64,000 nucleotides of DNA from Bacteroidota bacterium (GTDB taxonomy: Bacteria; Bacteroidota; Bacteroidia; UKL13-3). The notes beneath the pieces were generated by a model that was not told the DNA's origin, ran no database searches, and saw only the letters and a program-made list of their open reading frames with translations. The DNA lies in contig JAIXWW010000011.1 in NCBI GenBank assembly GCA_027491085.1, positions 433,151-497,150 on the forward strand, written 5' to 3'. Of the stretch, positions 20,195 to 29,363 are shown one piece after another; the first letter of the stretch is position 1, and every line of letters begins with the position of its first letter. The position numbers and the translations under genes are program-made.

Positions 20195-21658
20195 ATGACA
20201 AAAGTATCAATCATCTTAATGCCACAAGGTAAAAACTCTAATACGGGTAGAATTTGTAAAATGATTTCAGAAAAAGGAAAAGTCCACAGGTTATCAATCG
20301 GATATACAATACCAATAGACGACTGGTGTGTTAAAACTAAAAGAGTTAAAAATACCAATTCAAATTCAACAATTATAAATTCAATCATAGAAAATATTAT
20401 GTCGGGAGACGTTACTAAACACAAAAAATATGAAGATTGTATTCTATGCTTTATGGAAAACGAGTTGGAATTAGGTCATTTAGATAAAACAATAAAATAT
20501 AGTACTTACAAAAAGTATAATACTATTGCAAAGTCTTTCAGAAAGGCAATGGTGAAATTGGAAATGCTCAAGATAACAATAAACGATGTTATAGGCCTAG
20601 AAAAACTAAAATCAATAATAAGTATCATCTCTATCAACGAAAGTAGAAATGGCAAAAGAAAAACCACCTTAAATAATTATTTGGTGGTCTTTTCTACATA
20701 TGTAAAAAAATGGTTTCAGAAGAATAACGGAAGTCCAACTGCTGATTTTAGCTTTATTCATAAAGAATCAAAAAAAGTGATACTCGGACACGCCAATTAT
20801 ATTACAAAAGATGAACTTACAATATTTGAAAATTATTATCCCAAAGGTATTAAAAATGGAACTATTCAAACAATTACTAAATCCATCTTTCTTAGCCAAT
20901 ATTATATCGGTGGTATAAGAATAAGCGACATTCTAACCCTTACAAATTCACAATTTAAAGCAAAAGGAATACTTATTAGAATGAGGAAAAATGGAGAAAC
21001 AAGAATCTATCCATATTCATTTGAACTCGTATTGGCATTAAGACCACTTTATCCCTACCAATATAACTCAGTAATTGAAAACTTAAATTTAGGGTCAATA
21101 AAATTACCTGCAACAATTGTAGCTGCAATGATTCGTTCTAATATAGAACTCCACAATTATAACTTAGAAGATATTGATAAAAAGATTAGTCAATTAGAAT
21201 ATTCATTATCACTTGAACACAAACAACTTGTTGATGAACTTGAAAGGTTAAAACAAATAATCAAAGGCTTAATTAAAGAAGAGTTTTTCAAACAAATACA
21301 AAACTTAACCGAAGGTTTTATCTTTCCATTGTTAGAATACGATATGTTCAAAAACCATTTAGATAGACCTGATTTATTTGACAAAGATTTAAGCTATGCA
21401 ATCCATAGAGCTACTTGTAAATATAACTCTAATCTGAAAGTCATTTGTAAAACAATAGGAATTAACCGAAAACTAACAAGTCATTCACCCAGACATTCAA
21501 TAGCTCTTCACTTAATGGAAAGGGGAGCAACCACACCCATCATTCAAGATGTTTTAGGACAAAGGAACCTTTCCTCAACGGCTGTATATCTTCAACAAAG
21601 ATTACCTTCCAATAATATTGGTGTGGGAATGGGATTGATACACGGAAGTAAACTGTAA
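20195..21658 (+). CDS. tyrosine-type site-specific integrase (Bacteroidota type with N-terminal arm-binding domain)
   Basis: C-terminal catalytic region HSPRHSIALHLMERG...LGQRNLSSTAVYLQ (R, HxxR, Tyr nucleophile). N-terminus KVSIILMPQGK is typical of Bacteroidota integrases. Confidence 0.9.
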   Translation: MTKVSIILMPQGKNSNTGRICKMISEKGKVHRLSIGYTIPIDDWCVKTKRVKNTNSNSTIINSIIENIMSGDVTKHKKYEDCILCFMENELELGHLDKTIKYSTYKKYNTIAKSFRKAMVKLEMLKITINDVIGLEKLKSIISIISINESRNGKRKTTLNNYLVVFSTYVKKWFQKNNGSPTADFSFIHKESKKVILGHANYITKDELTIFENYYPKGIKNGTIQTITKSIFLSQYYIGGIRISDILTLTNSQFKAKGILIRMRKNGETRIYPYSFELVLALRPLYPYQYNSVIENLNLGSIKLPATIVAAMIRSNIELHNYNLEDIDKKISQLEYSLSLEHKQLVDELERLKQIIKGLIKEEFFKQIQNLTEGFIFPLLEYDMFKNHLDRPDLFDKDLSYAIHRATCKYNSNLKVICKTIGINRKLTSHSPRHSIALHLMERGATTPIIQDVLGQRNLSSTAVYLQQRLPSNNIGVGMGLIHGSKL

Positions 21659-21682
21659 AACCTATTATAGATTTATAAGTAA
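21601..21682 (+). repeat. direct repeat copy 1 (integrase 3' end)
   Basis: ~82 bp, ~95% identical to 27831-27912. A further 15-bp match (cttcatatcatttga) follows after a 61-bp indel. Confidence 0.8.
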
Positions 21683-22010
21683 ATTAAATTACTGCTTATA
21701 TGATTAATATTCAGGAGAGTGCCTATACTATAGACAAAACTAACTTCATATCATTTGAATCTATGTTATTTTGTTATTTTTGTTATTGAATTTATTATGG
21801 TGCTTGGTTTTGAGGAAGCATTTACATAAAAGTATTTTTTTGAAAGGACGTGTATATGTCCACGTAAATTTGACTTTTTTTTATTGCATAATATATTTGT
21901 CAATGATTTCTCGCAAGTAGTTTTATCGATTTATTGCTAATTACCAAAATCATTAGTAGTGGTAAAACAAATGTTCATTGACATGGAGCCAAAATTTATT
22001 TTTTAGTTGA

Positions 22011-22670
22011 TTGGCGATTTTATTAAAACTAAAAAAGAAAATGAATATAACACAAAAAAGAAGCCCATTAAAATCCCTTTTAACGAATTATGATTTCCGA
22101 CATTATCTTAAAGATGGGAGAGTTAAAAAATTAGTTTGGTATTTGCTAGAGCTTGACAAAAAACAAAATATAGAAATAAATGAAGAAATAATTCTAGAAA
22201 TTTATGATAACTTGACGCATTATAAAACTCAAGAAATCTCAGTTCCAAGATTTGTTTATCATGGAAGTCATAATCTGAACAGAGAATCTATACTTTCAAA
22301 AGGCTTAATTGCATTTGAGAATCGTTGTACAGGAGTTTTTGCAAGTATTCCCAATAGTTTCAATCCAATGGAAGCTTCTCATTTTTATCCCTCAGTTTGT
22401 GGCGATACCGACTTATCTGAATCTAATTTAGATTTTTGGCAGATAGATACATTTCAACTACCCCCATTGACTTGGTTTGTCGACCCATATACACCTTCGC
22501 ATAGAAGCCTATGGATTTTCACATTCAATAATATTCCTCCTTTTGCATTAAAACTATACAAGGCAAAAAGAATTGGAAATTACTTAGACAGGTTTTCATT
22601 ATATCCGATTGAAGATGTAAACAGCGAATTGAAAAAAATAAAAAAGAAGAAAATTGAATTGTATTACTAA
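22011..22670 (+). CDS. putative PARP-like (H-Y-E class) ADP-ribosyltransferase domain protein
   Basis: YHGSHNLNRESILSKGLIAF resembles PARP catalytic [22 protein letters not shown] (H-G-S NAD-binding motif). C-terminal Y..IEDVN..LKK resembles the PARP Glu-containing region. Possible real start at Met 22041. Confidence 0.4.
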   Translation: MAILLKLKKKMNITQKRSPLKSLLTNYDFRHYLKDGRVKKLVWYLLELDKKQNIEINEEIILEIYDNLTHYKTQEISVPRFVYHGSHNLNRESILSKGLIAFENRCTGVFASIPNSFNPMEASHFYPSVCGDTDLSESNLDFWQIDTFQLPPLTWFVDPYTPSHRSLWIFTFNNIPPFALKLYKAKRIGNYLDRFSLYPIEDVNSELKKIKKKKIELYY

Positions 22671-23193
22671 AAAAACAAATAGATATAATATGGAAAATCA
22701 GAAAAACGAAAGAAAAATTTTATATATAGACATGGATGGTGTTCTAGCTGATTTTGAATCATCAATTAAAAGATACTTACCTGAATGGGATAACTTATCT
22801 GATGAAGAAAAGGGAGATAGAACCGATGATATTTGCGGTTCAGTACCAAACTTTTTCCTTGAATTGGAACCTATTCATGGAGCATTAGATGCTGTTAAAA
22901 ACTTAGCAGAATTTTTTGATGTTTACTTTCTATCGGCAGCTATGTGGAATGTGCCTGAAAGTTATACAGAGAAAAGACTTTGGATTGAAAAACATTTTGA
23001 CAGCTCTTTTAGAAAGAAACTAATCCTTACACACAGAAAAAACTTAAACATTGGAGATTACTTAATTGACGATAGGACATCACATGGTGCAGGCGATTTT
23101 ATGGGTGAACACATTCATTTTGGAACCCAAAAATTTCCCAATTGGACAGTAGTTGAAGAATACCTAAGTAAAGTGGTTATGAACAATCAATAA
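22654..23193 (+). CDS. 5'(3')-deoxyribonucleotidase-like HAD hydrolase (NT5C family)
   Basis: HAD motif I IDMDGVLADF (DxD), downstream LIDDR aspartates. Overlaps the upstream ORF. 179 aa. Confidence 0.7.
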   Translation: MNCITKKTNRYNMENQKNERKILYIDMDGVLADFESSIKRYLPEWDNLSDEEKGDRTDDICGSVPNFFLELEPIHGALDAVKNLAEFFDVYFLSAAMWNVPESYTEKRLWIEKHFDSSFRKKLILTHRKNLNIGDYLIDDRTSHGAGDFMGEHIHFGTQKFPNWTVVEEYLSKVVMNNQ

Positions 23194-23205
23194 AAAATAA
23201 ATTAT

Positions 23206-23961
23206 ATGAAAATAATATTTCAGCATCCGCCAACAGGAACTAAAGATCCTTTTAAAGATTTTGAACCGTGGAATCCTCGCCATTATCCGAAAGGCGGGGG
23301 AGTTTATATTTATGGATTAAAATTACATATAGATAATGAGCTAAAATTTGTTCCACTTTATGTTGGGAAACATAATACTAATGTTGGTAGAAGAGTATTT
23401 GAACATTATTATCAGGAAAGAATGCCTGGTAATAGCTGTAAAGAAATATTTGATTTAACCAACATTAAATCATTAGATGATATTAGGACTCTTTATGAAG
23501 CCATGAATAAATATGATAGTGTGAAAGGGAAACCTTTAGTTAGGATTAGTAACGAAAAACTGATTTGGTTTAATGATAAAGATTTCTTTAATACATACAT
23601 TTCAAAAAGCTTAGGTAAATATGTCTCTTTAAGTAATTATATATCAGGTTCTGGTCATCTTGCAAGTTTGTATCCAAAAGTTGGCGATTTTGATTCAATG
23701 ATTTCTAAAGATAAAACCATTTCAGAATATATTGATAACCTTCGCAATAAAATAATAGCTACTAAATCCTTATATAATGAAAATTTCTACTATCTCTATG
23801 TAGATAATATTTCCAGAGAAGATCTTTTAATTTATGAAAATTCAACAAAAATTGCCCTACAAGAGCTTGGAATATTTACAACGGCTTGGGCTAATAAAGA
23901 GGGAAATTCATCAATAATAAACTTTGATGAAATTTTTTCTAAGTTGATAAATCTAAAATAA
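23206..23961 (+). CDS. hypothetical protein with N-terminal GIY-YIG-like motif
   Basis: GGGVYIYGL...PLYVGKHNTNVGRRVFEHY matches the GIY-(10-11)-YIG...R...E pattern. 251 aa. Confidence 0.4.
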   Translation: MKIIFQHPPTGTKDPFKDFEPWNPRHYPKGGGVYIYGLKLHIDNELKFVPLYVGKHNTNVGRRVFEHYYQERMPGNSCKEIFDLTNIKSLDDIRTLYEAMNKYDSVKGKPLVRISNEKLIWFNDKDFFNTYISKSLGKYVSLSNYISGSGHLASLYPKVGDFDSMISKDKTISEYIDNLRNKIIATKSLYNENFYYLYVDNISREDLLIYENSTKIALQELGIFTTAWANKEGNSSIINFDEIFSKLINLK

Positions 23962-24064
23962 ACGTTTAAAGTGATGATGTTGCTTAAAAATCAGTTTGAT
24001 ATTTTAATTTAGAAATTCCAATTAGTAAAAAAAAGACATTTAAATATTTTAAAATACAACATAT

Positions 24065-24973
24065 ATGAAAACTACAAATTTTGAAGAAATCTTAAAGAAA
24101 GTTGAAACCTTATTTAATACTCACCAAATGAACCTAACTGGTACGTCCAACTATGAGGATAAAAGTGGTATTTTTTTCCATAAACTCGAACAAAAAGTTA
24201 TTCCAATTTATTCCCAAGATGAACTTATTAAATTTAAAGAGGGAGAACCATCACCTATTCTAGGTGCTTATTTAATTGAAACAGAATCTAACCCACGCTT
24301 TATGCTCTTTAATGATTCAATAAACGATTTGAGTATAAAATATGCTGATGAAAGGTCAGTCATTAACGGAGTGGATATTAGAAATTCGTCAGGGTTTATT
24401 ACAGCTGAACATCCAGATCCACCAGGCCTTTATCCTGAGGAAGCCAAAAACCGCATTGAAATTATAGTAAAACTTCAACTCCATATTTTTCATACTCTTC
24501 ATTATGCTTTTGGAGCATGGAAAACTCCCTTTTTTACAGAATTAAGCATAAGTTATATAAATAACTTAGTTAATTGTATTACAAAAAGAACTATTAATGA
24601 TGATAAAAATTTACTAGACTGCTACGCCTATATAAACAAAATTCCTGCTGAAGAACTAATTATCGAAAATTATTCTCAATTTTCAAAATATATTTTTGCC
24701 TTTGACCAATCCGATTGGAAGGAGATAGTTAATCTAGGCGTCTTAATTAATAAAATTCCTGAAAGCATTTGGAGTGGTTTTGTTCAAGCAAAACCAAAGG
24801 TAGCATTAAAAGACTATTTGTTAGATCATAAATCAGAAATTCAAGATTCATTTATTAATTGGGCAAAGAATAATACAGATGAACAACCTTTCTCTAAAAT
24901 TAAAGAATATTTAACTATTGAAAATACTGAAAAGTATCGTGGTAGTATAAAAGCAGGAGGATTCGGTATATGA
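24065..24973 (+). CDS. hypothetical protein
   Basis: 302-aa ORF, no motif recognised. Stop overlaps the next start. Confidence 0.4.
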   Translation: MKTTNFEEILKKVETLFNTHQMNLTGTSNYEDKSGIFFHKLEQKVIPIYSQDELIKFKEGEPSPILGAYLIETESNPRFMLFNDSINDLSIKYADERSVINGVDIRNSSGFITAEHPDPPGLYPEEAKNRIEIIVKLQLHIFHTLHYAFGAWKTPFFTELSISYINNLVNCITKRTINDDKNLLDCYAYINKIPAEELIIENYSQFSKYIFAFDQSDWKEIVNLGVLINKIPESIWSGFVQAKPKVALKDYLLDHKSEIQDSFINWAKNNTDEQPFSKIKEYLTIENTEKYRGSIKAGGFGI

Positions 24974-25632
24974 ACTCCCTCACCCTCATAGAACAATCTG
25001 GGTTCAAAATCAATCCACCTAAAATTGTATTTGTGCCATTTACAGAAGAAAAACTTCAAGGGATTAGCACTAGAGAGTTTGGTAGTCCTTACGAAAATAT
25101 GGATGACAAAATTGGTGGCAATTTGTATTTATGGCTGCAACAAACCAATTCTGTTTTATGGCAAATAAGTGATGAACAGGTATTGATTTTTGCAAATACA
25201 GTTGAAAAGTTAGGTGAGCGTTTTGCCACACTAATGAAGTTACCAAAAGAAGAGGGTAAAGCGGTATGTATAGAAATGGTTAAATCCTTAGCCATTTCTA
25301 CTTATATTATTGAAAATAGTATCTTTAAAATACAAGGCAATTGGCTGTTAAAATACCGCAATAAAGAACTAGGGGGTACTCTTCAATACTTCTTGCTTTG
25401 GCTCACCAAACATGAGCTTCAAGGGAATATTCAAGCCAACAAAGCCTTGGATATTTACATCGAAAAATTTGCCAAGAATGTTAATTTGGATTTGTTTAGT
25501 AATTACCCTTCAAGTGAAATTATGGAGGCATTTATTTATTGCTTTTTTAGAGGAAATAACGAAACAAAAATGCTATTTGCTAAACTAGAAAATCCTAACT
25601 ATTCTCTAAATGAACTCATTACTATTCCATAA
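24970..25632 (+). CDS. hypothetical protein
   Basis: 220-aa ORF, translationally coupled to the previous ORF. Confidence 0.4.
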   Translation: MNSLTLIEQSGFKINPPKIVFVPFTEEKLQGISTREFGSPYENMDDKIGGNLYLWLQQTNSVLWQISDEQVLIFANTVEKLGERFATLMKLPKEEGKAVCIEMVKSLAISTYIIENSIFKIQGNWLLKYRNKELGGTLQYFLLWLTKHELQGNIQANKALDIYIEKFAKNVNLDLFSNYPSSEIMEAFIYCFFRGNNETKMLFAKLENPNYSLNELITIP

Positions 25633-26077
25633 TAAAAGCACAATGAATTCAGATAAATGGAAGATTTATGTTAATGGCTATAAAAATGAAATAGACCTAT
25701 ACCATCGTATTGATAGTGATTGGCTAGAAGGGGGTATAAAATTATATTTGGGAAATGAGGAATATAGCATTCCCTTAAGTCTATTATTAGTGGAAGAGTT
25801 ACATGATTTTCTCAATTGGTTAATAAAAAAACAAAGTGGTATTGAAACCATTCCAATTTTTCAATTTATGGATACAGAACTTTGTTTTGAAACAGTTACT
25901 TCAGATAATGAATTTTATTTAAAATTGAATTTAAACAGAATCAATAAAAAGCAAATCTCTATAATATCGCAAATTTCAGGACCTCAGTCGGAAATGCGTT
26001 CAATAATTGAAGAATTAAACTCGCTAATAACTAAATATCCTTGCCGTTGTAACAATCAACATATTATACTTAAATAA
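25610..26077 (+). CDS. hypothetical protein
   Basis: 155-aa ORF overlapping the previous ORF. Ends convergent with the NT5C-like paralog. Confidence 0.35.
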   Translation: MNSLLFHNKSTMNSDKWKIYVNGYKNEIDLYHRIDSDWLEGGIKLYLGNEEYSIPLSLLLVEELHDFLNWLIKKQSGIETIPIFQFMDTELCFETVTSDNEFYLKLNLNRINKKQISIISQISGPQSEMRSIIEELNSLITKYPCRCNNQHIILK

Positions 26078-26618
26078 TAAGTTTCCCTTTATTTTTTGGT
26101 TCAAATGTTTCAGGCCAAAACACTTCATAATTATCAATTAGGTATACCAATACTTTGTCCCAGTCTTTAAACTCCTCACTGCCTAAAGGAATGAGTTCAT
26201 TTATAAATTTATCCGAACCATTATTTCCTTTGCGGTCTATCAAATAATGGCCCACTTGCAAATCTTTTCTGTGGCTTAAAATTAGTTTTTTTCTAAAGTT
26301 TTCTCCAAAGTGATTTTCAACCCAAATTCTCTTATCAGTATACATATTGGGTATATCCCAACAAGGCGCAGAAATAAAATAAATATCGTAAAAATTACTC
26401 AAGCTATTAATGGATTGAATAGCAAGATTGATAGGTGATAGATTTTGATAATAATGAGGGTATTCTAAATATACGTTTTTAAGGGCAACTTCTTTTTCTG
26501 TTTCAAATAAATGCTCCCAATTATTTACTCTTTTCATTACATTATCAGAAAGATCAACCACTATATCGTCAAGTTCTATTAAGAGTAGTTTTTTACGTAA
26601 AGTTACTTTCTTTATCAT
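26070..26618 (-). CDS. NT5C-like HAD paralog, probably catalytically degenerate
   Basis: Clear paralog of 22654-23193 (YFISAPCWDIPNMYTDKRIWVENHF...KKLILSHRKDL versus YFLSAAMWNVPESYTEKRLWIEKHF...KKLILTHRKNL). Motif I is IELDD instead of IDMDG. Confidence 0.6.
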   Translation of the reverse strand: MIKKVTLRKKLLLIELDDIVVDLSDNVMKRVNNWEHLFETEKEVALKNVYLEYPHYYQNLSPINLAIQSINSLSNFYDIYFISAPCWDIPNMYTDKRIWVENHFGENFRKKLILSHRKDLQVGHYLIDRKGNNGSDKFINELIPLGSEEFKDWDKVLVYLIDNYEVFWPETFEPKNKGKLII

Positions 26619-26629
26619 ATGGCTAAGTT

Positions 26630-27187
26630 TTAAAATTTAATAAAGTTTTGCAACCAGATAGTGGCACATTCAAAACGATTTTTAGAATTACCTAAAACTA
26701 CTTTTCTAACTGAAGTGTGAGTTAAGTTGGGGTTCAAGATGTTTGATCTGTGTCCTCTACTTTGTGAAGAGTAATCTATTAAAGCTATTAAGATTGAGGC
26801 TCTAATGCTAGTACCATATGTGATATTTTCACCTATACTTTTGCAAGGGATTTTCAACCATGAATAAGTTCTATCGTGATCCATATCTCTTTTTGTGCTA
26901 TCCGCTAAGTGTTTGTTAGCTTCTTTACGAACTTCCTCAGAGATTTTGTAAGCAGGAAGGGGTTTCATTGAATCCAACAATGGGATAAGTTCCTTGATAG
27001 CTATTTCTCTTTCTGGTGCAAATCTTGTTGAATTTGCGTAAGCTTTAACATATTGAATGTAAGCTTTAGGATTGGTTCTTATCAGGTTGATTTCGTTTAT
27101 GTATGCCAGTTCTTCTGCTGAATGTTGTCCAAAACAACAAATAGGTGCAAAAAAAATAAATATAACTATGTTTCTTATTTTGTCCAT
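26630..27187 (-). CDS. secreted CAP-domain (YkwD-like) protein
   Basis: Signal peptide. SRGHRSNILNPNLTH matches the bacterial CAP/YkwD signature GHR.NILNP. Confidence 0.6.
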   Translation of the reverse strand: MDKIRNIVIFIFFAPICCFGQHSAEELAYINEINLIRTNPKAYIQYVKAYANSTRFAPEREIAIKELIPLLDSMKPLPAYKISEEVRKEANKHLADSTKRDMDHDRTYSWLKIPCKSIGENITYGTSIRASILIALIDYSSQSRGHRSNILNPNLTHTSVRKVVLGNSKNRFECATIWLQNFIKF

Positions 27188-27744
27188 GATCTGTTAAGGT
27201 ATATATGAAAATCAGTATAAATATCCTTTAATAACTTAATATCTCTTCGCAAGGTTCTTTCAGTAACTTGGTTTTCTTCACAATATTTATCTATATCTAA
27301 TTGTCTATTTTTTAACGTAGAAACATATAAATTAATTATTCTTCTATACTTTTGAAGCATTAGGCTTTGCCTATTTGATTGTTGCCGAATAAAATCTTTC
27401 TTATTCATAATTATCTTATCTAAACCCTCCAATTTTTCATTTATTATAATAGTATATTTTTTAATTGAACTATCTAATTTTAAATGAGGTGCTCCAATAA
27501 GGACTATAGATAATTCGTTAATTTGTTCATAGGGTACTATTTGATTAAAGTCTTCCAAAATTTTTTCATTTAGTAAATTAGAATCTACAATTATCAAAAA
27601 TGAAGGAACGGCAATAAAATCTTCAATTTTGGTAACCTCATAGTATTCAATGTCACTTTCTGATTTAATGGTTTTTAACTGTTCAATTAATAACTCATTT
27701 TTACTATAAATAAGGATTGTATTCTCTTTGTTAAATTGATTCAT
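27175..27744 (-). CDS. putative transcriptional regulator (receiver-like N-terminus, C-terminal HTH)
   Basis: C-terminal VTERTLRRDIKLLK resembles a DeoR/HTH_11-type helix-turn-helix. Overlaps the CAP gene by 13 nt. Confidence 0.4.
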   Translation of the reverse strand: MNQFNKENTILIYSKNELLIEQLKTIKSESDIEYYEVTKIEDFIAVPSFLIIVDSNLLNEKILEDFNQIVPYEQINELSIVLIGAPHLKLDSSIKKYTIIINEKLEGLDKIIMNKKDFIRQQSNRQSLMLQKYRRIINLYVSTLKNRQLDIDKYCEENQVTERTLRRDIKLLKDIYTDFHIYLNRSWTK

Positions 27745-27830
27745 ATTTCGAAAATAATGCTATTTTCAATTATTAAAAGTTTATTAGGTCCTATATTTGT
27801 CCATTATACCATTTCATAAACTATTTTTCT

Positions 27831-27927
27831 ATTACCTTCCAACAATATTGGTGTAGGAATGGGGTTGATACACGGAAGTAAACTGTATAACCTATTATAG
27901 ATTTATAAGTAACTTCATATCATTTGA
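27831..27927 (+). repeat. direct repeat copy 2: remnant of an integrase 3' end (no integrase ORF attached)
   Basis: Encodes ...PSNNIGVGMGLIHGSKL, matching the last ~19 codons of the integrase at 20195-21658, then a shared downstream segment. Confidence 0.8.
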
Positions 27928-28094
27928 GTATAAGTTAAACACATCTTTTCTAAAGTTAATTAAACCCTCCGAGGATTGATAATGGAATTCAATGGATTTT
28001 GGATACTTCTTTACTATTTTAGAATCCCTAATCCAATTTCAGAATAAATGTATAGTGAGAAAAGTAAATTCCTAAATTGATTTTAACTGTGTTC

Positions 28095-28562
28095 TTACTT
28101 TTTAATTTCTTTAAAAAGAACATATACAAATTGGTTGTTTTCTGCATCAAATGAAATTAAAAATTCCATTCCATTTATAAAACCAGAAGAAGATTCGTGT
28201 ATTATTTCATTACTTTTAGTAATAATGTCATTTTTCTCTTTTGATTTAGTTTCAGAAGTAACTATCAACAAATCTGTAGTAATATTTGAACCATTAATAA
28301 AATTACTTGCCTGACTTCTTGCTTTAACATTAGCAACCCTGCTCATAATAGATTCACTTGAATATTTTCCTTTATCAAGTATTACAACGGAAATCAAATA
28401 ATTTTTTGTCGCATCATTTAATAATTTTACTCCCTCAAACTTACTTTCTTCGTACATTCTTTTGACATAATTTGCAATGGATTGATTTGACCTAATTGTC
28501 TGTGAAGAAATTTGAGAATTAAACTTAAAAATAAATAAAATTGAAAATACTAAATATCTCAT
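28095..28562 (-). CDS. secreted hypothetical protein
   Basis: Signal peptide. 155 aa. Confidence 0.4.
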   Translation of the reverse strand: MRYLVFSILFIFKFNSQISSQTIRSNQSIANYVKRMYEESKFEGVKLLNDATKNYLISVVILDKGKYSSESIMSRVANVKARSQASNFINGSNITTDLLIVTSETKSKEKNDIITKSNEIIHESSSGFINGMEFLISFDAENNQFVYVLFKEIKK

Positions 28563-28578
28563 AATGTTAAAAAAATAA

Positions 28579-29319
28579 TTAGTATTTTATACAACGAACC
28601 GAAAAACCACATCCTAAATCTTTACCTCTATAATCATCTAATAACCCTTTTTCTTGATCATTAAATAATCTAAAATAACCAGCATACCTATTTCCAATTT
28701 TACTGCTGCTCCACCATATTCCAGTTTTACCATATGTCAAAAAAATTGTATTCTGTATTTTGGAAGTTCCATCCATATTACCATAATGATCAATATGTAA
28801 TCCTGGGAGTGCATTAAAACCAGTACTGTTATAATACTTTTTTGCATAATTAACCTTACTATTTGATTCTATGGCATATTCAGGTAATTCCATTTTTTTA
28901 CCATCCATTAATTTTACTATTTCCCAACCTTCTTTACTTTTTAGTTTAGAACCGTCACCCCCAACTTCATCTATTAATTCCTTCCACTCCTCAATTGAGG
29001 GAACATGCCAACCTTCAGGGGCTAAACCTCTTTTGTCATTCACTGCATACCAGTTATATAGTTTGCCGTATTTTTCATTATTTGTTGGGTCAAAATGTAA
29101 ATAACACCAAGCAGGGGTTTCATCATCATTAGCTTTTTTCCAATCTTCACGTGATTTTGCCTCTGGAATAATATCTCCATTTTTAAAATGGTTTACATCC
29201 AAATTTTTAACCATCCAGACTTGAATACCTATTTTAACGCTGTTATTAATTTCACTTTGCGCAATACTTTTAAATGTTATAGTTAAAAGTATTATACTAA
29301 TTATAATATTTTTTTTCAT
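28579..29319 (-). CDS. Fibrobacter succinogenes major paralogous (Fib_succ_major) domain protein
   Basis: Signal peptide. IGIQVWMVKNLDVNHFKNGD and C-terminal GFSVRCIKY match the Fib_succ_major signature (G.QVWM.eNL ... SVRC). Confidence 0.7.
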   Translation of the reverse strand: MKKNIIISIILLTITFKSIAQSEINNSVKIGIQVWMVKNLDVNHFKNGDIIPEAKSREDWKKANDDETPAWCYLHFDPTNNEKYGKLYNWYAVNDKRGLAPEGWHVPSIEEWKELIDEVGGDGSKLKSKEGWEIVKLMDGKKMELPEYAIESNSKVNYAKKYYNSTGFNALPGLHIDHYGNMDGTSKIQNTIFLTYGKTGIWWSSSKIGNRYAGYFRLFNDQEKGLLDDYRGKDLGCGFSVRCIKY

Positions 29320-29363
29320 TATTTAAGATGTTAACATTAAAGAATATATCAAAAATCCTCAGC

